A DNA stretch of 20,631 nt from Candidatus Iainarchaeum sp. (GTDB lineage Archaea; Iainarchaeota; Iainarchaeia; Iainarchaeales; 0-14-0-20-30-16), in assembly GCA_903916665.1 (NCBI GenBank), contig CAIWXP010000046.1, positions 1-20,631 on the forward strand, in the 5' to 3' direction. Of this stretch, positions 1-7,757 are shown one piece after another. How positions within the stretch are numbered: position 1 is the first letter of the stretch; each line of letters opens with the position of its first letter. The notes under the pieces were generated by a model that made no database searches, was not told the origin of the DNA, and saw nothing but the letters and a program-made list of their open reading frames with translations. The position numbers were made by a program, and so were the translations under genes.

Positions 1-2688
1 AATTCCTAAAAATATATAATAAACAAACATTGGCAATTTCCAACCCATCAATGGTAATTCACTTGAAAAAGAAACTGTATTACCTTTTGCATCTTGACCT
101 TTAATTGCATAGGTTCCAGAATGTAAAAACATAGGCTCAGGATTATCTGCTTCAAAGAACCCCGCATATTTTCCTTCCAATACTTTTGCAAATAAAATAT
201 TTTTATCATTAAAAGTTAAACTAATATTATTATCATCATAGGGCGCATCATTTTGATACTTAACAGCAATAATTATTTTTCCTAATTCATCAATTACTCC
301 ATCTGCACTGGGGCTAATTAATTCTATTTTCATTTCATTGGTTGTATCCATTGTTTTTGTTGCAGATTCTTCAACCAAAGCTCCTTTATAAGTTCCTGTT
401 ACCATTACTTTAAATGTTGTTTTTGTTTCAACATCTGGAACTATACCTCCAGAAAATATCTTTTCATTATTTTGGTCTAGCAATTCTAAATTATAATTTT
501 TACCATTATAAACAACGGTTGCAACTAAATCTTTCAAATCAGAAAAAACATAGCCTTCTTTTAAAGATAATTTTGTTTTTATTCCTATTGTTTGGCCAAT
601 ATTTATTTTATCTCCAACAGGTTCCAGAATAACTATATCATATATTTGGGGCAAAGGCAAAACATCAAACTTTTTTGTTACACTTGTTTTAACATAATTT
701 CCTGATGAATCTTTCACATCTTTAAATTTAATTGTAATACCTAAATCTAAATCTTCTTTTTGTACTTTATAATCAGAATAAATATTATAACATTTATTAT
801 CTAATTCATCTAGTTTAAATTCTATATCTTTAAATGCGCTTAAAATAACTTTGCCTTGCATTAGATCATCAAAATTAGTATTGGGTAATTTAAAACAAAT
901 ATTCATTGAATTTATTACATTACCCACTGTAATTGAATTGTCTTTGGGTTCAACATATTTTGTATCCAATTCTATTACTGGCACAATGGAATCAATTGCA
1001 GTTACACTTATTGGTATTGTTTTTTTATTATATAGTTTTACACCCGACTTATTATAATTTGCAGTTATATCTATTTGACTCTGTGTTGGTGCCAAATAAT
1101 CAATATTTAAAGAACCTTCATATAATCCTGGACTTGCAGATACTGCAGTTAATTGAACATTGCCAAAATTTCTATCTCCTGCCGTTAATGTTGCAATTAC
1201 ATTTGAATCTAATATTGGTGTTCCGGTATTATCATTTAATCCTACTTTAATACTTAATAAATCCCCTTTTGTTACTTCTTGATTTACAACTGGACTTTTT
1301 ACACTTATTATTAAATCCGCATCAACAATATCAATACTTTTTATTTCTGAATTACTAGATCCTTTATCATCGGTTACATCTAGCGTTATACTATAATTAC
1401 CTTTGTCAGTATAGCTATGGTTTACACTTTTTCCTGTTCCTGTTGTTCCATCTCCAAAGCTCCAATTATAGGTTAATGTTCCTGATCCACTGTAATTAAC
1501 ATTTGCATTAAATGTTTCCTGTTGACCTACCTGTAATTTGGGTGCTCCTGATATTGTTATTGATGAGATATGCGAATCAACAGTTATTTCTTTTGACCCT
1601 TTAACTACATTAGTTCCAACAGGTGTTGCAGTACATGTTAAATTGTCCCCTGATTTACAAACTCCATCACAATTAAATTCTTGACTTGTTGATTTTGCAG
1701 TTCCATTCAATGTCCAAGTATAAGTTACTGCTGTTTGATCAGGAATATCATCTTCATCAGTTAATTTCGCTAAACACTTAATCTTACCATCAGAATATAC
1801 ACTAGATGGATCAAAAGAAATATTATTTGAATCTGCTTTTGTTGGTTTATCTACTATTGTAAATGAAATGTTATCTGTACCAATCAATACATTATCGTTA
1901 CAATCTAAAGATGCAGAATATGTTCCTGCCCCGGATAAATTTCCTTGTGGATCAATAACTAAAAGATCTTTTGTTTTCTTAGTTGTCATACTATCAATAT
2001 CAGTATATGCAAAGGAACTACTTGTTACAGGTGTTATATCTGTCCCATTTCTTTTTAATTTAAATGTACAATTTAAACTAGATCCTCCAACATCATCCAA
2101 GTTATCTCCTAAATCTGCTTGAATAGTAAATCTATGGTTCTTAGATACTGATTGTGTATCTGTCAAGTAATCTCCAGAAGTTCCTAAATTTGAATCAAAT
2201 ATTTTTAATGTTACTTTTGGTTGACCTGAAAGAACAGTAATAGGATAAGAAGATGTTATTTTACAATCTGGATCTAAACAATCTCCAGGATATACTTCTA
2301 ATTGAAAATTATCGCTAGTTCTAGAAAAACCACTTAATTTTGTATTTAAAGTATACTTTATTATGCCGGTGACCATAGTATCTGGTGTTAAACTTAATTG
2401 CCCATTTGAAGAATTTTTTATATTAGAGCAATTTAATTGAGAATCGCAAGAAAAATTATTTATTATGAAATTGTCTAATCCTGAAGAAAAATCAAAAACA
2501 AAACCTAACTTTGTATTAGGTACAGAATTTAATTTTAAACTTAAATTTAATGAATTTGTATCTGAATAATAACTTGTAGGAATTACAGATATATCTGAAA
2601 TTGAATACGAATCACCTAAAATTGTAGAGGTTACAACAAAAAATAGAAATATTATAAAAATAAATTGAAATATTTTGTATGTTACCAC
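1..2688 (-). CDS. Large secreted surface protein with PKD/Ig-like beta-sandwich domains (partial; 3' end lies beyond the window start)
   Basis: Not in the supplied track because no stop codon falls inside the window. I checked every minus-strand codon in the frame occupying 3..1, 6..4 and so on. There is no stop from 2700 down to 1 in very AT-rich DNA. TAA at 2703..2701 closes the frame upstream. The first usable start is GTG 2688..2686, giving a signal-peptide-like (M)VTYKIFQFIFIIFLFFVVTSTILGDSYS. The protein contains a PKD signature, several Cys pairs and many N-x-S/T sequons. The translation at the window edge ends in hydrophobic WKLPMFVYYIFLGI. Confidence 0.85.
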   Translation of the reverse strand, partial: MVTYKIFQFIFIIFLFFVVTSTILGDSYSISDISVIPTSYYSDTNSLNLSLKLNSVPNTKLGFVFDFSSGLDNFIINNFSCDSQLNCSNIKNSSNGQLSLTPDTMVTGIIKYTLNTKLSGFSRTSDNFQLEVYPGDCLDPDCKITSSYPITVLSGQPKVTLKIFDSNLGTSGDYLTDTQSVSKNHRFTIQADLGDNLDDVGGSSLNCTFKLKRNGTDITPVTSSSFAYTDIDSMTTKKTKDLLVIDPQGNLSGAGTYSASLDCNDNVLIGTDNISFTIVDKPTKADSNNISFDPSSVYSDGKIKCLAKLTDEDDIPDQTAVTYTWTLNGTAKSTSQEFNCDGVCKSGDNLTCTATPVGTNVVKGSKEITVDSHISSITISGAPKLQVGQQETFNANVNYSGSGTLTYNWSFGDGTTGTGKSVNHSYTDKGNYSITLDVTDDKGSSNSEIKSIDIVDADLIISVKSPVVNQEVTKGDLLSIKVGLNDNTGTPILDSNVIATLTAGDRNFGNVQLTAVSASPGLYEGSLNIDYLAPTQSQIDITANYNKSGVKLYNKKTIPISVTAIDSIVPVIELDTKYVEPKDNSITVGNVINSMNICFKLPNTNFDDLMQGKVILSAFKDIEFKLDELDNKCYNIYSDYKVQKEDLDLGITIKFKDVKDSSGNYVKTSVTKKFDVLPLPQIYDIVILEPVGDKINIGQTIGIKTKLSLKEGYVFSDLKDLVATVVYNGKNYNLELLDQNNEKIFSGGIVPDVETKTTFKVMVTGTYKGALVEESATKTMDTTNEMKIELISPSADGVIDELGKIIIAVKYQNDAPYDDNNISLTFNDKNILFAKVLEGKYAGFFEADNPEPMFLHSGTYAIKGQDAKGNTVSFSSELPLMGWKLPMFVYYIFLGI
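1324..1560 (-). other. PKD domain inside the partial surface protein
   Basis: Translation reads ITISGAPKLQVGQQETFNANVNYSGSGTLTYNWSFGDGTTGTGKSVNHSYTDKGNYSITLDVTDDKGSSNSEIKSIDIV. This matches the classic PKD pattern WxFGDG...H.Y...G.Y.V.L.V.D..G. The Trp codon is at 1464..1462. Confidence 0.75.
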
Positions 2689-2724
2689 ATAACATATACA
2701 TTATAAAGGTTAATAAATATTACG

Positions 2725-5685
2725 TTAAGTTATATTGTAACTACCGTATGCTTTATGAACATATGTTGAATTTATATTAAATCCAGAATCTAGCTTATAC
2801 CAGGGCGATACACCACCTGATTGATAGATTAATCCTTTGGTAAGTATTGAATAATTAACTGTTCCGGTACCAAATTGCGTCGCATTAGCATAATTTAATT
2901 GAACTAATCCACAATTATTACCAATTATAGTATATACGTCCGAATCCAACAAATAATAATATTCTGTTGTTGATACTGTTTTTTTAATATACACACAACT
3001 ATTAACATCTAATAAACTATATGCATAATAATTTGATAAGTTTACAGCAACTTGATATTGTTGGTTTTTATTTAAAGTTGTTCCAGATGTAGGTGTAATT
3101 ATTTCCGAATTCAAATAATCGCCGTTATCAAAATAAAATTGATTTGTAGCACTTCCTAATATATATGATAACGAATTATTTTTATAATTTGTATACGAAT
3201 ATATTGTATTATCTGACAAACTAACATTAGTCAAATCAAAAAACAAATAAGGTACATATAGTGTAGTAGCATCTGTTGTTTTTGCAATTATTTTATCCTC
3301 TGTTGATCCGGGCATCATTTGAATAAAACTACAAAAATTTCCATTTGCTATATTACTACCGTCATCAGAATATAATATAACCCCAGATCCTGTTGCTACT
3401 TTACAAATATATAAACTAATTGGAACATCTAAACCATTATTAATTTTAAATGGAATTATGGTTTTAACTCCCGCTGGCAAATAATTATTCTTTCCATCTG
3501 ATCTTTGCCCTGGTGTATCCAAAATTACACTAAAATAATCTTTCAAATAAGTAGCATTATAGGGTATACTTGTTATTGTGGTTTGTAAATATGATGCAAC
3601 GCCATCTAACTTTGGAGTTATTATATATGTTTGTGGTGTTGAAATATCTGGAGTTGTAACTTTAATTTTTATTAGAGGACTATCTTGTGGTGCTAAATCT
3701 GTATAAAAATAATGACCATCCAATGTACCGTCAGCGTTGTAAAAATTTGCATCTAAATTATAATTTGAACTGATATCAAAAGTAACAGGTAATTTATAAA
3801 GTGTAAAACCTAAATTATTTTTTAAATTATAAATCATATCAAATGATTGACCATTTAGTACTTTCATCGGACCCGTAATTGTTGGACTAAAATCTGTTGC
3901 TTTAACAATTGAAACATGATATAAAGGTGTGATTGTTGCTGTATATTTTCCGTCGGTTGCATAAAATTGAATATCTGCAAAGCCCGTTGCACCTGAAACA
4001 GAACAAGTTAATGTACCAAAACCGCTACAAGTAACTGTTGCAGACCCGGTTACTTTATTTAATCCATAAACTAATGGTGTCCCAGAAGTATTATCACTTG
4101 GATTTATTGGATTATCAGAGTCTGAAAAATATTGAGATAAATCTATTGTAAAATTTGGATTTGCATCAAAAACAGTTATTCCTTTATCTACAAAATTATT
4201 CAAATATTGCGGCGGTTCATCATGTTGTGTAACCGTAATATCAATTGGTAAATTCAAAGTATATTGACCATCAGTTAAAACAATATTAATTGTTTGTTCA
4301 CCGTTCTTTGTTCCTGTACAAGATAAAACATCGCTAACAATTGAACATGTTGCAATTGATGAACTGGGGTTTGAATAAGTATATGCTTTTACGCTATCAG
4401 GATCAATAACATAATCTTTCAAATTTAATGTGGTTGTTTTTCCATCATCTATATTCATTGCAATTTTTCCATTTGTTAATTTTGAACTATCTAATATTGG
4501 AATTGTATTATAATTTGTAACAACAATATGTATTGGTAAATTTAAAGTAAAAGTATCATCAGTTAATACTACTACTATATTTGCCTCGCCTAAACTTTTT
4601 GGCGAACAAATTAAATTATCTCCTGCAATTGAACATGTTGCAACATCTTGAGTTCCTGAAATTTTATAGGTATAATTACTATTTAAATCTGAATCTAAAA
4701 CATAGTCTTTCAAATTTATTGTTGTTGAATTTGTTCCTGAAATTGAAACTAAAATACTTCCATTTGTTAATTTTAAACTATTCAAAGTAGGCTGATGATT
4801 TACTGCCAATACATTTAAATTAAAAGTAATTTCTGAATTTGATTCTGGAATAAAAAAAGTAACTGTATCTTGACCATAAAACCCAGAATTAAAATTACAA
4901 TTAGCAATATATGGTACTGTTGTTGTTACTTGGCAGTTTCCATGTTTTAAATTTGAACTTGGTTTTACATTTATGCTGTAAGAAATACTATTTGGATTAT
5001 TAACATAATTTTGTAATTGAATTGATAATACAGAATCTTGATTAATAGTTTGTGATACTACACTTTGTGTGAAAGTTGGCATTACAATATTTTGTTTAAC
5101 AAAAATATCAAATGTTGCACTCGAATTTAATTTCCATCCAATATCTGTAACTTGAATTGTCATTGTATCTGTACCAAAATATTTTTCTGGATTTGAACAA
5201 GTTAAAGTATCTGCATCTTTACTACAAATCAAATGTTCTGGTGATTTTGTTATTGTATAATAAACATCATTATTATAAGGATTATGAAGTAATTGATTTA
5301 ATCGAATCCAAAAATTTCCATTATTATCTATTGCACTACTATTATATCCATCAAAATGACACGGAAAACCATTTGAATTATCACAATAATCATCTAAAAC
5401 AAAATGAGTATCTGTAAACCAAGCAGAATTATCGTGAACTGTTTTTATTGCATTTAATATATTATCGGGTATTGTAAATCTATAATCTGCATAATTAAAT
5501 TTGTGATAATTATAATTATTAAAATTAGTATATTTCAAAATATTAACATCAACAATTTTAAAAGTAACACCATTATTATCTGTAGAATAAGCAAAATTTA
5601 GTGAAAGCAAGCCGATGAATAAAAAAATTGTAAACAATTTCAAGGTTCTATAACAGAACCCCTTGCTAGAGTTCTTTAATCTCAT
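2725..5685 (-). CDS. 986-aa secreted surface protein: signal peptide, tandem Cys-pair Ig/cadherin-like modules, CARDB-like C-terminal modules (adhesin or S-layer-like)
   Basis: Track ORF. The N-terminus MRLKNSSKGFCYRTLKLFTIFLFIGLLSLNFAYS is signal-peptide-like. Repeated modules occupy about aa 203-600. The C-terminal half has CARDB-like strings (TITGPMKVLNGQSFDMIYNLKNNLGFTLYKLPVTFD). At least 15 N-x-S/T sequons are visible. There is no C-terminal hydrophobic anchor. The gene lies 36 nt upstream of the next surface-protein gene on the same strand. Confidence 0.85.
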   Translation of the reverse strand: MRLKNSSKGFCYRTLKLFTIFLFIGLLSLNFAYSTDNNGVTFKIVDVNILKYTNFNNYNYHKFNYADYRFTIPDNILNAIKTVHDNSAWFTDTHFVLDDYCDNSNGFPCHFDGYNSSAIDNNGNFWIRLNQLLHNPYNNDVYYTITKSPEHLICSKDADTLTCSNPEKYFGTDTMTIQVTDIGWKLNSSATFDIFVKQNIVMPTFTQSVVSQTINQDSVLSIQLQNYVNNPNSISYSINVKPSSNLKHGNCQVTTTVPYIANCNFNSGFYGQDTVTFFIPESNSEITFNLNVLAVNHQPTLNSLKLTNGSILVSISGTNSTTINLKDYVLDSDLNSNYTYKISGTQDVATCSIAGDNLICSPKSLGEANIVVVLTDDTFTLNLPIHIVVTNYNTIPILDSSKLTNGKIAMNIDDGKTTTLNLKDYVIDPDSVKAYTYSNPSSSIATCSIVSDVLSCTGTKNGEQTINIVLTDGQYTLNLPIDITVTQHDEPPQYLNNFVDKGITVFDANPNFTIDLSQYFSDSDNPINPSDNTSGTPLVYGLNKVTGSATVTCSGFGTLTCSVSGATGFADIQFYATDGKYTATITPLYHVSIVKATDFSPTITGPMKVLNGQSFDMIYNLKNNLGFTLYKLPVTFDISSNYNLDANFYNADGTLDGHYFYTDLAPQDSPLIKIKVTTPDISTPQTYIITPKLDGVASYLQTTITSIPYNATYLKDYFSVILDTPGQRSDGKNNYLPAGVKTIIPFKINNGLDVPISLYICKVATGSGVILYSDDGSNIANGNFCSFIQMMPGSTEDKIIAKTTDATTLYVPYLFFDLTNVSLSDNTIYSYTNYKNNSLSYILGSATNQFYFDNGDYLNSEIITPTSGTTLNKNQQYQVAVNLSNYYAYSLLDVNSCVYIKKTVSTTEYYYLLDSDVYTIIGNNCGLVQLNYANATQFGTGTVNYSILTKGLIYQSGGVSPWYKLDSGFNINSTYVHKAYGSYNIT
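3886..5079 (-). repeat. Tandem array of four diverged 96-109-aa protein modules (coding repeat) within the 986-aa surface protein
   Basis: Modules span aa 203-298, 299-395, 396-491 and 492-600. They share the pattern ..LNLKDYV.D.D....YTY......ATCSI..D.L.C......GE..I.VVLTD...TLNLPI.I.VT. Modules 2 and 3 are roughly 45% identical by eye. A fifth, more degenerate copy lies at about aa 130-202. Confidence 0.7.
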
Positions 5686-5944
5686 AGATATATATTATAT
5701 TAAAGAGTTATATATAAGCATTTATATTAATTAATCTATCTAATTCAAACCAAAATAGTTAATTTTTCATACCTTTTGTAGAATAAAGGTTATAAAAGCA
5801 AACAAAATAGCCTGTTTTTCTCACTACATTTAGGTATAACCCAAAACCTAAAAATTAACTCTAAATTACAATAATATATTAGCTACAAACTCTTTAAATT
5901 ATAATATATAATCCGATTTAAAAATATTATGTATTATAATATAT

Positions 5945-6961
5945 TTGGTGATTGTTATTTCTAATTCTAATATTATTAAAACTGAAAACCTAACTAAAGT
6001 CTTCGAAAAAAACAAACCTTGTTTACACAAAAGCATTATAAAAAAATTTATATATTATTTTAAACCAGATAAAGAAGAAGTAGTTGCATTACACAATTTT
6101 AATATTACAATTGAAAAGGGAGAATTTGTTGGATTGGTCGGACAAAATGGTGCCGGAAAAACAACCTTGGTAAAAATCCTTTCTGGAATATTAACTCCAA
6201 ATTCAGGAATTGCCAAAAGTAATGGATTTATACCCTATATTCAAAGAGAAGAATATGTTAGTAATATAGGAGTAATATTTGGAAGTAGAAGTATTCTAGA
6301 GTATAATATTCCTGTAATTGATTCATTAAGATTGTATGCAATAATTTATAATTTAAATAAAGATGAATCAGAAAAAAGAATAGAATATTTATCAAATCTT
6401 TTAGAAATAAAGGATCTATTACACACCTCAGTAAGAAAATTATCACTAGGACAAAAAATGCGTTGTAATTTAGTTGCATCTTTTTTACACCATCCTAAAA
6501 TTGTTTTTTTAGATGAACCAACCATTGGTTTAGATGCATTAGCAAAAGAAAAAGTTAGAACTTTTTTGAAAGAAATAAATGAAAAAGAACATGTAACTTT
6601 AATTTTAACAACTCACGACATGGACGATATTGAAGAACTTTGTGAAAGACTTATTTTAATAAATAAAGGTGAAAAACTTTATGATGGTTCTTTAAATGAA
6701 TTTAAAAAAGAACATGTAAAAAAGAAATATATTTCTGTAACCTATTCAAAAGTTAAGGATAATAAATTATTTGATAAAACCAAAAATGAAATCAATATTA
6801 AAGAGTCTAGCAAAACCTATTTTGAAGGAGAAATTGATTTAAACAACTCAAGTAGAATAATTGAAACTTTATTTAATTGCATAGATATAACTGATTTGGA
6901 TGTTAGAGAAACACCATTGGAAGACATAATAAAAGACATTTATTGTGAGCTAAAAAGGTGA
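5945..6961 (+). CDS. ABC transporter ATP-binding protein, long form with C-terminal extension (COG4586-like, partner of DUF990-type permeases)
   Basis: Walker A GQNGAGKTT, signature LSLGQKMR, Walker B IVFLDEPTIGLD, H-loop TTHD, plus a C-terminal extension of about 100 aa. There is no in-frame ATG near the 5' end. The track start is TTG 5945 (GTG 5948 or ATT 5957 are also possible). The TGA stop lies inside the GGTGA site of the next gene. Confidence 0.85.
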   Translation: MVIVISNSNIIKTENLTKVFEKNKPCLHKSIIKKFIYYFKPDKEEVVALHNFNITIEKGEFVGLVGQNGAGKTTLVKILSGILTPNSGIAKSNGFIPYIQREEYVSNIGVIFGSRSILEYNIPVIDSLRLYAIIYNLNKDESEKRIEYLSNLLEIKDLLHTSVRKLSLGQKMRCNLVASFLHHPKIVFLDEPTIGLDALAKEKVRTFLKEINEKEHVTLILTTHDMDDIEELCERLILINKGEKLYDGSLNEFKKEHVKKKYISVTYSKVKDNKLFDKTKNEINIKESSKTYFEGEIDLNNSSRIIETLFNCIDITDLDVRETPLEDIIKDIYCELKR

Positions 6962-7037
6962 AATTATTTTAAGAACTTTTAGATATGCAAAACAATATTT
7001 TATATTAGGCATAAAATCCACAATTGAATACAAATAT

Positions 7038-7757
7038 ATGGTTTTAACCGACATAATTGTTGATATCATATATCTTTTTATGATGGTTCTAGTTTGGACT
7101 AAATTATTTAGTTTAGGATCTGGCCAAATAGGAGGATTTGTATTAAATGATTATATAATGTATTACATAATCAGCATGCTAATTGTAATGTTTTATCCTG
7201 CCATTGAGAATTATTTTTCCAGTGATGTAAATAATGGTAACTTGGTAATTTATTTAATTAGAAATTTGAATCCAATGATTAGATATTACTTTTTTTCTAT
7301 GGGATCTGATATATTTGAAATAATTTCTATGTCAATTATATTTATTATATCGTCAATATATTTTGGTTATTTTATTATTTCAAAAATTTTATTGTTTTTG
7401 GTATTTTTAATTATTGCAATATTATTAACTTCATTATTTAGAGCACTAGTATCATTAATTGCTGTAAAAACACAAAGAATTGGAGGGGTAATGGGCACCA
7501 TATTTTTAACAATGAGTTTTTTAAGTGGGTCTTGGATTCCTTTAAACCTATTTCCAGATATTGTTCAAAAAATATTTTATTTTTTGCCATTTCAGTACAT
7601 GCGATATTTCCCCGCAATAACCTATTTGGGAAAAACAAACACGAGTCAATTGGTATTTGGATTTTTAATTAGTATTCTATGGATTATTACATTCTATTTT
7701 TTATTTAAATTTCTCTATAAAAAAGCAATTAAATCGTTTGAAGGGCAGGGTGGTTAA
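7038..7757 (+). CDS. ABC-2 type permease, DUF990/ABC2_membrane_6-like (copy 1). The true start is probably upstream at ATT 6963 or 6966.
   Basis: Polytopic hydrophobic protein ending in FEGQGG, paralogous to the next gene, which ends in YEGFGG. The frame is open upstream back to 6954. Those 28 extra codons align without gaps to the paralog's N-terminus. Confidence 0.8.
   Translation: MVLTDIIVDIIYLFMMVLVWTKLFSLGSGQIGGFVLNDYIMYYIISMLIVMFYPAIENYFSSDVNNGNLVIYLIRNLNPMIRYYFFSMGSDIFEIISMSIIFIISSIYFGYFIISKILLFLVFLIIAILLTSLFRALVSLIAVKTQRIGGVMGTIFLTMSFLSGSWIPLNLFPDIVQKIFYFLPFQYMRYFPAITYLGKTNTSQLVFGFLISILWIITFYFLFKFLYKKAIKSFEGQGG

Noticed and set aside
414-2122. Plus-strand track ORFs 414..632, 851..1057, 933..1250 and 1868..2122
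   Set aside because: All lie antisense to the 2.7-kb stop-free minus-strand frame, which carries a PKD signature and a signal peptide. Their translations are low-complexity Leu/Phe/Tyr/Ile strings typical of shadow ORFs in AT-rich DNA.
2689-2695. ATG 2695 as the start of the partial surface protein
   Set aside because: It is out of frame with the long ORF and runs into TGA after 27 codons. GTG 2688 is the in-frame start.
4581-5417. Plus-strand track ORFs 4581..4790 and 5157..5417
   Set aside because: They are antisense shadows inside the 986-aa surface-protein gene. They have no motifs and no plausible start context.
5644-5660. Hairpin GGTTCT-ataac-AGAACC within codons 9-14 of the 986-aa surface-protein gene
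   Set aside because: It is only a 6-bp stem inside coding sequence and could be coincidental. I have no supporting evidence for a regulatory role.
5686-5944. Replication origin or small RNA in the longest intergenic region; PolD operons sit near oriC in some Euryarchaeota
   Set aside because: I found only short AT-rich repeats: TTATAATATAT twice, and CAAAATAG twice 52 nt apart. These are expected by chance at this composition. There are no ORB-like dyad repeats, no cdc6/orc1 gene nearby, and no convincing stem-loops. Divergent TATA-rich promoters explain the region better.
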